The translations under genes and the position numbers were made by a program. 64,000 nucleotides of DNA from a bacterium (GTDB lineage Bacteria; Patescibacteriota; Minisyncoccia; Phycocordibacterales; UBA5272): contig JAHFNB010000002.1 of the NCBI GenBank assembly GCA_023267595.1, positions 23,947 to 87,946 on the forward strand, in the 5' to 3' direction. Numbering within the stretch: the first letter of the stretch is position 1; every line of letters begins with the position of its first letter. Below the pieces are notes generated by a model. That model saw only the letters and a list, made by a program, of their open reading frames with translations. It searched no databases and was not told the origin of the DNA. Shown here piece after piece: positions 48,819 through 58,143 of the stretch.

Positions 48819-50195
48819 ATGCGGTACGTCCTTATGGCGAAAAAAGTTGCTTCAAAAAAGAAAATAGGTAAAAACAAAAAAACAGCCAAAACTGTTTCCA
48901 AAAAGACCACAGTCAAAAAAAGTATTTCAAAAAGAAAACTTTCAAAAAAGAAGAACGTAAAGCCAAGTAAAAAACATTTAAATAAAAAGACTACGAAGAA
49001 AGTTTCTAAGAAATTAGTAAAGAAAAGTGCAAAGAAGTCTACTCCAAAAGTAGAAGCAAAACCAAAATATAAACCAAAAGCATTTACGATAAAGACTGGC
49101 CCGACAAAGGTTCGTCATGAAGTAAAAACAAAAAAGATTCTTACTCGTGAACAAAACGAAGAAGAACTTCTCACAAAAGGAAAAGAACGAGGATTTATAA
49201 CATATGATGAAATCATACGTTATTTTCCTACGATTGAAACAGATATTTTGTTCTTGGAGGAGTTATATGAAAAAATGTCTGCAGCAGGTATTGATGTTCT
49301 TGAAGGTGGAAATCTTCTCGATATGGATGATGATCTTGCAAAACTTGCAGGAAGTGAAAATACGCATGACAGTATTCAAATGTATTTGCGTGAGATTGGT
49401 CAGTACCCACTTATTTCAGGTGAAAATGAACGTGAACTTGCACGCCGTATTGAAAAAGGGGATGTAGAAGCAGGAACACTGCTTGCAAAAGCAAACCTTC
49501 GTCTTGTTGTTTCTATTGCAAAGAAATATGTTGGGCGATCATCTGATTTAACATTGCTTGACCTTATTCAAGAGGGAAATCTTGGTCTTTTCAAGGCGGT
49601 GGAGAAATTTGATTGGAATAAAGGATTTAAGTTCTCAACATATGCGACATGGTGGATTCGTCAGGCGATTACACGAGCACTTGCAGATCAGTCACGTACT
49701 ATTCGTATTCCTGTGCACATGGTAGAAACAATCGCAAAATATAAACAAGTAGTACGTCGTTTGTCTCAAGATCTTGGACGTGATCCTCTCGCAGAAGAAA
49801 TCGCAGTAGAAATGGGAGTGGATGTTGAGAAGATTCACATTATAGAAAATATTAATCAAGATACTGTATCACTTGAAAAACCAATTGGGGACGATGATGA
49901 CAAGTCTACTCTTGGTGAGTTTATTGCAGATGACAAGATATTATCACCGGATGCTGAAGCATCTCATAGAATACTTGCAGATCAAATCAATGAAATACTT
50001 GACGATCTTTCACCAAAAGAAAGAAAGATCGTAGAAATGCGAAATGGATTAGGAGAATATGATGGTGTGATGCATACCCTAGAAGAGGTGGGGGCAGAGT
50101 TTGGAGTTACTCGTGAACGCATACGACAGATTGAGGCAAAGGTACATGAAAAAATACGTAGTCATGATAAATCTGAGAGATTGAGAAATTATTAA
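48819..50195 (+). CDS. rpoD: RNA polymerase sigma-70 factor RpoD with a lysine-rich N-terminal tail
   Basis: Regions 1.2-4 are present ([12 protein letters not shown] in region 2/3, and helix-turn-helix region 4.2 [22 protein letters not shown]). The first ~90 aa are K-rich low complexity in place of region 1.1. Confidence 0.92.
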   Translation: MRYVLMAKKVASKKKIGKNKKTAKTVSKKTTVKKSISKRKLSKKKNVKPSKKHLNKKTTKKVSKKLVKKSAKKSTPKVEAKPKYKPKAFTIKTGPTKVRHEVKTKKILTREQNEEELLTKGKERGFITYDEIIRYFPTIETDILFLEELYEKMSAAGIDVLEGGNLLDMDDDLAKLAGSENTHDSIQMYLREIGQYPLISGENERELARRIEKGDVEAGTLLAKANLRLVVSIAKKYVGRSSDLTLLDLIQEGNLGLFKAVEKFDWNKGFKFSTYATWWIRQAITRALADQSRTIRIPVHMVETIAKYKQVVRRLSQDLGRDPLAEEIAVEMGVDVEKIHIIENINQDTVSLEKPIGDDDDKSTLGEFIADDKILSPDAEASHRILADQINEILDDLSPKERKIVEMRNGLGEYDGVMHTLEEVGAEFGVTRERIRQIEAKVHEKIRSHDKSERLRNY

Positions 50196-50302
50196 GGAAT
50201 GATTAAAGAGCAATTCCATACGGGGTTGCTCTTTAATTTTGGTGTCGTTACTTTTTATGGTAGTGTTTATCTATTCGTTCTTTAGTTGAAAGGGAGAAAG
50301 CC

Positions 50303-50950
50303 ATGAATAATCAACATCAAGTAGTTTCCTCAATTGCTCATGTTTTCGTAAAGCCAGAAAGACAAAGTATTACGAAAACTCCTGAAAAAGAAGTAAGGCG
50401 TTATCAGATTTGGTGTAAGAAGCATACATATGAATGTAGACCAGTTCTGTATGTTATCTCAAACATCATTCGAACTCGTTTTAACGGAGTCGAAATCAAT
50501 CAGATTTCTTTGCGTCTTCTCAACCCGCAAACTCATCATTTAAAAGGGTCTACGATAGAGATGTCCGAGGCTCTTTTTTACGAGAAGCACAAATATCTGC
50601 AGTGGCGCGATCCAGAACTCACTCCAAACAGATCAGTAGTTAAAAGGGTCGGCGGAAAATTCGATATGGGTAAACCAACTTTTCTTCTTCTTGAGAAATT
50701 GGAATCTCTAGAAGATGGAAAACAGAGACTTACCTTTGTCGGATGGAATGTAAGTAAAAAAATAATTATCCATCCGAAGAAAAGAACGGTCATTACCATC
50801 AATACTATTGATCATTTCTACGAAATCCTCGATCCTCTCTTTTTCAGTCCGGAATATAATGGAAGACTTCAACTTCCTACACACGGAATGCGGATTGGAA
50901 GAGGCGATATGAATGAGGAAGAGGAGGAGAATAGTCTTGATGGGTTGTAA
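50303..50950 (+). CDS. Hypothetical protein
   Basis: 215-aa ORF followed by a strong terminator; no domain recognised. Confidence 0.45.
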   Translation: MNNQHQVVSSIAHVFVKPERQSITKTPEKEVRRYQIWCKKHTYECRPVLYVISNIIRTRFNGVEINQISLRLLNPQTHHLKGSTIEMSEALFYEKHKYLQWRDPELTPNRSVVKRVGGKFDMGKPTFLLLEKLESLEDGKQRLTFVGWNVSKKIIIHPKKRTVITINTIDHFYEILDPLFFSPEYNGRLQLPTHGMRIGRGDMNEEEEENSLDGL

Positions 50951-50966
50951 AGTTTCTTTTGTATGG

Positions 50967-50992
50967 GCCGCGCGTAGCGCGGCTTTGTTTTT
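50967..50992 (+). terminator. Rho-independent terminator (GCCGCGC-gta-GCGCGGC + tttgttttt)
   Basis: GC stem plus T-run after the 50303-50950 ORF. Confidence 0.6.
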
Positions 50993-51038
50993 CATTAAAA
51001 CCCTTGCAAAATAAAGGAAAATATGGTATTGTGTTTTT

Positions 51039-52007
51039 ATGTTAATCGATCACGTCACGTTAAAAATAGAAGCAGGAAAGGGTGGAACTGGCGTTGTACG
51101 ATGGCGACGTGAAAGTGGTATTCCGTTTGGCGGACCTGCAGGTGGAGATGGTGGAAAAGGTGGAGATGTGTATTTCCGTGTTGTTCGTGATATTCAAGCA
51201 TTATCTCCTTACAAACATAAAAAAGAATGGACTGCACCAGAAGGAATCGCTGGACAAAAACGTAGCATGCATGGAGCAAATGGTGAAGATTTATACCTCA
51301 CCATTCCAGTTGGATCTGTTGTGTACAATCAAGAATATGATAAACGTTATGAGTTTATGGAAGAAGGAGATTTTCTTATCCTTCGTGGAGGAAAAGGAGG
51401 ATTAGGAAATGAACAATTTAAATCTGCGACAAATCGTACGCCAAAAGAATTTACAAAAGGTGAACGTGGAGAGTTTGCGACATTTGATATCGAATTAAAA
51501 TTAATTGCAGATGTTGGATTGATCGGATTACCAAATGCAGGAAAGTCATCACTCTTAAATGCACTCACTCGTGCAGGAGCAAAGATTGGGGATTATCCAT
51601 TTACAACATTAGAACCAAACTTAGGTGCATACTTCGGATATGTTCTTGCAGATATTCCTGGACTTATTGAGGGAGCAAGTGAAGGAAAGGGATTAGGTCA
51701 TAAATTTTTGCGACATATTACACGTACACATACATTAGTTCATCTTGTTTCTGCGGAGAATGAAGATGTTGCAACAGTCTATAGTACTATTCGTGAAGAA
51801 TTAGGAAAGTATGATAAAGAACTTTTGAAACGTGATGAAGTAGTTGTGCTTTCAAAAGTAGATACTATAGAAGATTCTATTGTACAAGAAAAGTTAAAAG
51901 CCTTAAAAAAGGTAAGTAAAAAAGAAGTAATAGCCTTGTCACTGTATAAGGATGAAACCGTAAAAGCATTCGGTGATTTTCTTACTAAGAAATTGCAAAC
52001 AAAGTAA
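51039..52007 (+). CDS. obg: GTPase Obg
   Basis: Obg N-terminal glycine-rich fold (KGGTGVVRWRRE, GGDGGKGGDV) and G-domain GLPNAGKSSLLNALT. Confidence 0.9.
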   Translation: MLIDHVTLKIEAGKGGTGVVRWRRESGIPFGGPAGGDGGKGGDVYFRVVRDIQALSPYKHKKEWTAPEGIAGQKRSMHGANGEDLYLTIPVGSVVYNQEYDKRYEFMEEGDFLILRGGKGGLGNEQFKSATNRTPKEFTKGERGEFATFDIELKLIADVGLIGLPNAGKSSLLNALTRAGAKIGDYPFTTLEPNLGAYFGYVLADIPGLIEGASEGKGLGHKFLRHITRTHTLVHLVSAENEDVATVYSTIREELGKYDKELLKRDEVVVLSKVDTIEDSIVQEKLKALKKVSKKEVIALSLYKDETVKAFGDFLTKKLQTK

Positions 52008-52010
52008 GAT

Positions 52011-52715
52011 TTATCTCTCTTCCAATAAATTGTTCTTGTCTCCAGGAGTGAGTAATCCTACATGAAAGGCATCTATTCCCATACAAAGAGAAAGTGTGTA
52101 GGCTACAGAGTTTGAGTTTTCTGTTCCACCACGTAAACTGACACCGAGCATTGGATAAAGTAAATTTTTTTTATTGATGGATGGAATACAACTAAGTGCC
52201 ATACTCCACAATGTCTTCATATCACTTTTATTTCCCTCAGATAAAATCTTTCCAGGGAATTTCTTTTCAGATAGATAGTATCGTGGACTATTGAACTCCC
52301 AAACTTTTAATTCATCGGTTGATTTTGTCCCAATATATTTCCATTCCCCAGTATTTGAATCTGTTGCAAGACCATGCAATTCAGATATGATATTTCCATT
52401 TGGATCACGAAGAGCAAGATAGTTATGTCCTGCAAATCCAAATAAAAGTGGGTGTTGCATGATCTGTATACTCCAATTCCCTGTCTTTGGTTTTGGTGTT
52501 GGTCGTGTAATTGGGTTATGTGTAATACTGTAAATAAATATAAAGAAAAGTAATGACCAAAAAAGATCTTTTATAAATCTATTTGTAAAAATCATATAGT
52601 AAGTATAGCAATAAAAGTCTATATTGACAGGACTTTTCAAGTAGAGTAGTGTTTTATCCAGATGTACCTTATTTCTATCTGTCTGTGAGAGGAAATTATG
52701 AGCAAAGATGTGCAT
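52011..52715 (-). CDS. Hypothetical membrane-anchored protein
   Basis: 234 aa with an N-terminal TM segment (LFWSLLFFIFIYSI); no domain recognised. Confidence 0.4.
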   Translation of the reverse strand: MHIFAHNFLSQTDRNKVHLDKTLLYLKSPVNIDFYCYTYYMIFTNRFIKDLFWSLLFFIFIYSITHNPITRPTPKPKTGNWSIQIMQHPLLFGFAGHNYLALRDPNGNIISELHGLATDSNTGEWKYIGTKSTDELKVWEFNSPRYYLSEKKFPGKILSEGNKSDMKTLWSMALSCIPSINKKNLLYPMLGVSLRGGTENSNSVAYTLSLCMGIDAFHVGLLTPGDKNNLLEER

Positions 52716-53075
52716 GAAATGCGAATGGCAGCCTTGGCAGTATTGATTGCCGACCTTTCAATTGATCTCGAAGAGGAGAAAGAAGAAAGAAAAAACCAAG
52801 AAATAAAATTTCATCGTATGGAGGGTGGGGTTTCTCGCGAAGACCTTCGGGAAATCTTTGAAGATCAAATAAAGAGGGGGATGATTTCTTTTCCAGATAT
52901 TATCAAAAAGAAAGTACCAGTTCTTGGTACCTGTTTCTTTGAAAATCAAGAAAAGCCTACTGTTCCGAGAATGGGTTTCGGTCCGCTCCTTCATGCTCAG
53001 TTTTTCTACGGTGATGAACGGATAGATCTCAAATTTCGAATCTCGTTTATCCCGTTTGTGACAGAAGAAAAATAA
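52698..53075 (+). CDS. Hypothetical protein
   Basis: 125-aa ORF; weak call. Confidence 0.3.
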   Translation: MSKDVHEMRMAALAVLIADLSIDLEEEKEERKNQEIKFHRMEGGVSREDLREIFEDQIKRGMISFPDIIKKKVPVLGTCFFENQEKPTVPRMGFGPLLHAQFFYGDERIDLKFRISFIPFVTEEK

Positions 53076-53120
53076 CAATGAAAGTTCAAAAATGCCCCAC
53101 ATCGGGGCATTTCGTTTTTT

Positions 53121-54551
53121 TTATTGTAATGCTATTTTTAATAGTTCCTGAAAGAGTGCAGGATTTCCACTACCTTTTGATTTCTTCATACATTGACCTA
53201 CAAAATACATAAACATGGCTTCTTTACCAGATTTATAATCTGCAACTTGAGTAGGAGATTCAGATAATACTTCTTCTATAATTTTCTTTAATGCCTCAGT
53301 ATCATTTGTTTGAATGAGATTATGTTTTTTCGCATACTCTTTCGGGTCCTGGTCATCTTTCATAATTATTGCAAGAATATCTTTTGTTCCGCGTGAGGAG
53401 AGTTCTCCGCGTATATTCATGTTTATGAGTTTTGCAAAGTTATCTGATGAAGGAAGTTTTAAGGATCCATCTTTTGCTAGAAGTCCAAGAGTATCACTAA
53501 GAAGATAGTTTGCTACTAGTACAGCATTATTTTCTCCAACAGAAGATAAAACAGAATCATAATAATTACTCATATGTACGTCATCAATTAATATATCTAC
53601 ATAATTTAATTGTAGATTGTACTTAGCATATCTTTCACGACGAACAGAAGGTAATTCTGGAAGAGATTTTTTAATTTCATCAATATTAAAAAGTTTATGA
53701 AGATAAAGTTTTGGTAAATCTGGGTCAGGGAAATATCTATAATCATGTGCATTTTCTTTTTTGCGTTGTGAAAAAGTTTCTTGTTTTGCTTCATCCCATC
53801 CACGAGTTTCTTGAATTACTTTTTCTCCTTTTTCGTATACTGCAATGTGACGCTTTACTTCGTAGTTAATGGCACCAAACACTGATGCGAATGAGTTTAT
53901 ATTTTTAACTTCACATTTTGTACCAAATTTTTCTTTATCTTTTGAAACAGAAATATTTGCTTCGATACGCATTTGACCGAGTTCCATGTTTGCATCACTT
54001 GCCTCCACATAGCGAAGTATTCTTTGTAATTCACGTGCGAAGGCTACTGCTTCTTCTGCAGAATGAATCACAGGCTCAGTTACTAATTCCATAAGTGGAA
54101 CTCCTGCACGATTATAATCAACGAGTGTATAACCATCATTATCATGTGATGATTTCGCAGTATCTTCTTCAAGGTGAATACGAGTGAGGGCTTTTCCATT
54201 CACCATACCACCTACAACAATAGGGAGTTTATATTGCGATATTTGATAACCCTTTGGAATATCTGGATAGAAATAATTTTTGCGATCAAACTCTGTAAAG
54301 TCTGCAATAATGCCACCAACAGCACATCCAACAGTTATTACTTTTTTGATGGCTTCGTGGTTTGCAACAGGGAGAGTTCCAGGATGCGCCATACACACCT
54401 CACAAATATTTTGATTAGGTTTTTTCTCTGTTGGGTCATTTTTACACCCACACCACATCTTACTGTTTGTGTGTAATTCGGCGTGAACTTCAAGACCAAT
54501 AGTCGTAATATACGGAGAAGACATGGGGCTAGTATAGCAAAAAACCATCAT
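53121..54551 (-). CDS. gatB: Glu/Asp-tRNA amidotransferase subunit B
   Basis: N-terminus SPYITTIGLEVHAELHTNSKMWCGC and the overall GatB/GatE fold with C-terminal YqeY-like tail. The true start may be the internal ATG at 54524. Confidence 0.92.
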   Translation of the reverse strand: MMVFCYTSPMSSPYITTIGLEVHAELHTNSKMWCGCKNDPTEKKPNQNICEVCMAHPGTLPVANHEAIKKVITVGCAVGGIIADFTEFDRKNYFYPDIPKGYQISQYKLPIVVGGMVNGKALTRIHLEEDTAKSSHDNDGYTLVDYNRAGVPLMELVTEPVIHSAEEAVAFARELQRILRYVEASDANMELGQMRIEANISVSKDKEKFGTKCEVKNINSFASVFGAINYEVKRHIAVYEKGEKVIQETRGWDEAKQETFSQRKKENAHDYRYFPDPDLPKLYLHKLFNIDEIKKSLPELPSVRRERYAKYNLQLNYVDILIDDVHMSNYYDSVLSSVGENNAVLVANYLLSDTLGLLAKDGSLKLPSSDNFAKLINMNIRGELSSRGTKDILAIIMKDDQDPKEYAKKHNLIQTNDTEALKKIIEEVLSESPTQVADYKSGKEAMFMYFVGQCMKKSKGSGNPALFQELLKIALQ

Positions 54552-54682
54552 TCTTTAAAGTGTTTTCAGTGTCTGTGTAATGTGTGTATCTTTGACATTA
54601 TTGTTTATTTGTGATGGAATAGCAAATGAACTTGGCGCCTCATCATAAGGTAAAGAGAAATTGAACATTTAAAGGATATGAC

Positions 54683-55090
54683 ATGTCTACGACAATGGAT
54701 TTCTTCCCGAATAAAAAGACACCTTTTGATTTTGCAAAGGAAGGAAAGTTTTTCAAGGATGGTGCCATAAAGATGGCATTGCACGCATTTCATCTCGCGG
54801 GTCATCGTTACGAACAAGCAACCAAAGGAGAAAGAGAAACTTTGCTCATGGATTATTTGCAAACATCCATGCAATATATGGAAATACTCTACGGTGCAGA
54901 TCTTTATTGCACAACGGAGATATGGAATTGGAAGTTCATCTACTTTCTTTCGCGAGTAAAAATTCGTACCGAACTTAGGTTTGTTTACAGGTTTACCAAA
55001 CATAAGTTCAAGTCAGTAGTTTTCTCAGAAGAACAACGGCAATTGATGAGAAAGGTTGCTGAGTTGCTGAAATTAAAGGACAAGTCATGA
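54683..55090 (+). CDS. Hypothetical protein
   Basis: 135-aa ORF followed by a terminator; no domain recognised. Confidence 0.35.
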   Translation: MSTTMDFFPNKKTPFDFAKEGKFFKDGAIKMALHAFHLAGHRYEQATKGERETLLMDYLQTSMQYMEILYGADLYCTTEIWNWKFIYFLSRVKIRTELRFVYRFTKHKFKSVVFSEEQRQLMRKVAELLKLKDKS

Positions 55091-55096
55091 AAAGTG

Positions 55097-55126
55097 AAAA
55101 AGCACCGCGACGCGGTGCTTTTGTTT
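55097..55126. terminator. Bidirectional rho-independent terminator (aaaaAGCACCGCG-a-CGCGGTGCTtttgttt)
   Basis: Perfect 9-bp GC stem with A-run and T-run, between convergent genes (54683 + and miaA -). Confidence 0.55.
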
Positions 55127-56015
55127 ATGGTACTGGAATTATTGTTGCAATAGATTTATATTTTTTATTCCATGTTTCTTGACGTTTTGCATACTGCATA
55201 CTCTTTGTAATTATCTCAGTTTTCATTTCTTGTTTATTTATTTTTCCTTCAAGATATTTTGTAATTGTTACATATTCAAGACCAAACTTTTTCATTGTGT
55301 TAGAGGTATATCCTTGCTGTAGTATGTGTTTCACTTCATCTATCATTCCATTGTGTAATCGTTTTTCAAGGCGTTGTGTAATACGTTTACGTACTACATC
55401 TCGTGTAGGGGACATGAGATAGAGTTTTGTTGTATAGATGAGTTTTGGTTTTGTTTGTGTGGGAACTTTACCGAGAGATTCTACTATTTCAAGTGCACGA
55501 ATTATACGTACACGATTATGCTTATCTATTTCTTTTGCGCGACGAGGATCTTTCTTACAAAGTAGTTCATATAATTCCTCAGTTTTTTTCTTTTCGAGTT
55601 TTTCTCTTAATATAGTATTTGGTTCTACATGAGGTATTGATGTATTAAAAATGAGAGAGTCTATGTATTGACCTGTACCACCACAAATAATTGGAGTTTT
55701 TTTACGAGCGAGAATATCTTTGAGTATAGGGAGTGCATGCTTTTTATACTGTGCAACGGAAAAAGTATCATCAAGGTTACATATATCTAACATATAATGC
55801 TTAATACCTTGCATTTCTTTTTTTGTAATTTTTCCTGTGCCAATATCTAATCCTTTATATATTTGTCGTGAATCTGCAGAAATAATCTCGCCATTATATT
55901 TCTTGGCAAGTTCTACAGCAAAATCGCTTTTACCGCTCGCAGTTGGTCCTGTGACCACTATGATTTCTCCTTGTTTCATACATGATACACTAGCACATAT
56001 GTTAATTCTGTACAC
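55125..56015 (-). CDS. miaA: tRNA dimethylallyltransferase MiaA
   Basis: P-loop IVVTGPTASGKS at the N-terminus and IPT family length/pattern. Confidence 0.9.
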   Translation of the reverse strand: MYRINICASVSCMKQGEIIVVTGPTASGKSDFAVELAKKYNGEIISADSRQIYKGLDIGTGKITKKEMQGIKHYMLDICNLDDTFSVAQYKKHALPILKDILARKKTPIICGGTGQYIDSLIFNTSIPHVEPNTILREKLEKKKTEELYELLCKKDPRRAKEIDKHNRVRIIRALEIVESLGKVPTQTKPKLIYTTKLYLMSPTRDVVRKRITQRLEKRLHNGMIDEVKHILQQGYTSNTMKKFGLEYVTITKYLEGKINKQEMKTEIITKSMQYAKRQETWNKKYKSIATIIPVP

Positions 56016-56229
56016 AAAAGATAATTGTGCATATTGTGATAAAGTAAAGCGTGCTTTTTGGGAACATAGTGTAGTTTATGAAGAAAGAAATATAAAAAAT
56101 CAGGATTTTTTGAAAGAAGTACAATCATATCAAGCACGTACCATGCCATTTTTATTTGATACATCTGCAAACGTAGCAATGGCAGAGTCCGATGACATTA
56201 TTAGTTACGCAATAGAGGATTCGTTTTAA
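55999..56229 (+). CDS. Glutaredoxin/NrdH-like small redox protein
   Basis: MLILYTKDNCAYCDKVKRAF has a CxxC active site in a thioredoxin-fold context. The long ORF from 55837 is antisense to miaA, so the ATG at 55999 is preferred. Confidence 0.5.
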   Translation: MLILYTKDNCAYCDKVKRAFWEHSVVYEERNIKNQDFLKEVQSYQARTMPFLFDTSANVAMAESDDIISYAIEDSF

Positions 56230-56294
56230 CATACAAACAAAAACCACGTATTGACGAGAAGGTGTCATTACGTGGTTGTTGGAAGAACAAAGCA

Positions 56295-56612
56295 TTACAA
56301 CACATGCATTTCGATTTCTGGGAATTCGGTTGCTAGGAGAAGATGCGGTTCTTTCCTTTCTATCCTCCTTAGTTCCATAGACCCTCGTGGTAGACGAATC
56401 CATGTAAATGTCAGTACATCATATCTGACGAGTTTGTGTTCTTTTAAAAGAAATAATACTCTTTCGACAGTTATTCGAGAACATTGTTTATTGAATCTAC
56501 TTTTAATTCTTCGAGAAACCGCAAGTGAAGATGTGCCGCGTTCAAAATGATCTGGAATACTTGTCACTGATGCAAGTACACGGACATATTTTTTTGATCC
56601 TAAGAAATACAT
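56295..56612 (-). CDS. Hypothetical basic protein (weak resemblance to RNase P protein RnpA)
   Basis: 105 aa, Arg/Lys-rich. Segments LAVSRRIKSRFNKQCSRITVERV and YDVLTFTWIRLPRG loosely resemble RnpA motifs. This is a weak call; the overlapping + strand ORF looks non-coding. Confidence 0.25.
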   Translation of the reverse strand: MYFLGSKKYVRVLASVTSIPDHFERGTSSLAVSRRIKSRFNKQCSRITVERVLFLLKEHKLVRYDVLTFTWIRLPRGSMELRRIERKEPHLLLATEFPEIEMHVL

Positions 56613-56686
56613 GAAAAATCTCCCTGTTTAGAATCTTTTGTACAAACCCATTTATAGACTACTACAGAAAAAAATATTTGTATACT

Positions 56687-56789
56687 TTGTGCCGGGGGTG
56701 GGACTTGGTCACAAAACTACCTCGCATTGCTCGCCTGCCGGTGAGGTAGGCTCGAAGTAGTTTCGCGACCCCATATTCAAGTCCCACAC
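56687..56789 (-). repeat. Structured GC-rich element, copy B (minus-strand sense GTGTGGGACTTGAATATGGGGTCGCGAAACTACTTCGAGCCTACCTCACC...GCGAGGTAGTTTTGTGACCAAGTCCCACCCCCGGCA)
   Basis: Homologous to copy A with compensatory changes in both stems. Its last 21 nt (plus-strand TTGTGCCGGGGGTGGGACTTG, 56687-56707) exactly duplicate the 3' end of tRNA-Leu at 56841-56861. It is preceded in the minus-strand sense by hairpin AAAAGTGAC-ctgc-GTCACTTTT (56790-56810). Confidence 0.5.
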
Positions 56790-56843
56790 AAAAGTGACGC
56801 AGGTCACTTTTTCCCAACACAAAATCATTTCATTCTTTTTTTG

Positions 56844-56924
56844 TGCCGGGGGTGGGACTTGAACCCACACACCTTACGATACACGATTTTGAGTCGTGCG
56901 CGTCTACCATTCCGCCACCCCGGC
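56844..56924 (-). tRNA. tRNA-Leu (anticodon CAA), class II
   Basis: Minus-strand fold: acceptor GCCGGGG/CCCCGGC, anticodon arm CACGA-CTCAAAA-TCGTG, long variable arm, T-arm GTGGG-TTCAAGT-CCCAC. Confidence 0.85.
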
Positions 56925-57035
56925 TTTGATGTGAGTATTCTAGCATACTGTGTGCGTAAAAAGTATTTGTATTTCTGCCAACTAATAACTATTAACTACT
57001 AACTATCTTTGATATACTTTTGACATCATACACTT

Positions 57036-58139
57036 ATGGGAAACATTGAAGGCAATATTTTTTGGATAGAAACAGAGAAAATCATACCAAATCCGTACCA
57101 GCCACGGCGTGAATTTGATCAGGATAGATTGAAAGAATTATCTGACAGTATTCGTCAGTATGGAGTATTACAACCTCTTGTTGTATCACGGCAAGAAACA
57201 GTTTCGACTGACGGTAGTGTCAAAGTAGAGTATGAATTAATAGCAGGGGAACGCCGTTTGCGTGCTTCACGTCTTGCGGGACTCACTCAGGTGCCTGTCG
57301 TTGTGCGTACAGGGGATGATAGTCGTGCAAAATTGGAACTTGCAATTATTGAAAATCTTCAACGTGAAGATTTAAATGCAGTAGAACGTGCTCAATCATT
57401 CCAACGGTTAGCAGATGAGTTTAAATTGACATGGGCAGATGTTGGAAGAAAAGTTGGAAAGAGTCGTGAATATGTTTCGAATACTGTTCGTATCTTAATG
57501 CTCCCACAAGATATATTAGATGCTCTTTCAAAAGGGCAAATTAGTGAAGGTCATACACGACCACTTCTTATGCTTATCGACAGACCACAAGAGCAGATGA
57601 CGCTCTTTAAAGAAATGATGGTGCGTAAAATGACAGTACGTGAAGCAGAAAGTATTGCACGACGTATTGCATTTGAAAAAGTTCGTAAGAAAGATTTCTT
57701 CATGACACCAGAAGTGGTGGATATGGAAGAAAAACTCGCCGAAACATTAGGGACACGTGTACAAATAGAACCACGTGAACGTGGTGGGCGTATTTGGATA
57801 GATTATTTTTCTCATGAAGAATTACTCGCTTTATCTGTTGCAATTCGAAAAGCAGGTGAACACAAAACGCATAAAGGAATGTTTGATACTATCAAAGAAG
57901 AAGATATGGAAACATTGCGTGCACAAGGGGAAAGTCCTCGGCATATAGAACCAGTGACAGAGTTTACACATTTAGCACATGAAGATGTTGGAAATGAAGT
58001 AACACAAACCTCAAGTGAAGCAATAGAACAAGATGTGTATGGAAAAGAAACTGTTGCTATTGATGATAGATCTATTGCAGAAGTAAAAGCAGAAGAACAA
58101 AGTGATGATCTCTATAATGTTAAAAACTTCGCAATTTAA
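57036..58139 (+). CDS. parB: ParB/Spo0J family partition protein (with long C-terminal extension)
   Basis: ParB N-terminal domain with the LIAGERRLRAS arginine patch and HTH region; no adjacent parA in the window. Confidence 0.85.
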   Translation: MGNIEGNIFWIETEKIIPNPYQPRREFDQDRLKELSDSIRQYGVLQPLVVSRQETVSTDGSVKVEYELIAGERRLRASRLAGLTQVPVVVRTGDDSRAKLELAIIENLQREDLNAVERAQSFQRLADEFKLTWADVGRKVGKSREYVSNTVRILMLPQDILDALSKGQISEGHTRPLLMLIDRPQEQMTLFKEMMVRKMTVREAESIARRIAFEKVRKKDFFMTPEVVDMEEKLAETLGTRVQIEPRERGGRIWIDYFSHEELLALSVAIRKAGEHKTHKGMFDTIKEEDMETLRAQGESPRHIEPVTEFTHLAHEDVGNEVTQTSSEAIEQDVYGKETVAIDDRSIAEVKAEEQSDDLYNVKNFAI

Positions 58140-58143
58140 ATAA

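Noticed and set aside
55837-55998. Long 5' extension of the glutaredoxin-like ORF
   Set aside because: It is antisense to the 5' end of miaA, so the downstream ATG at 55999 gives a typical ~77-aa thioredoxin-fold protein
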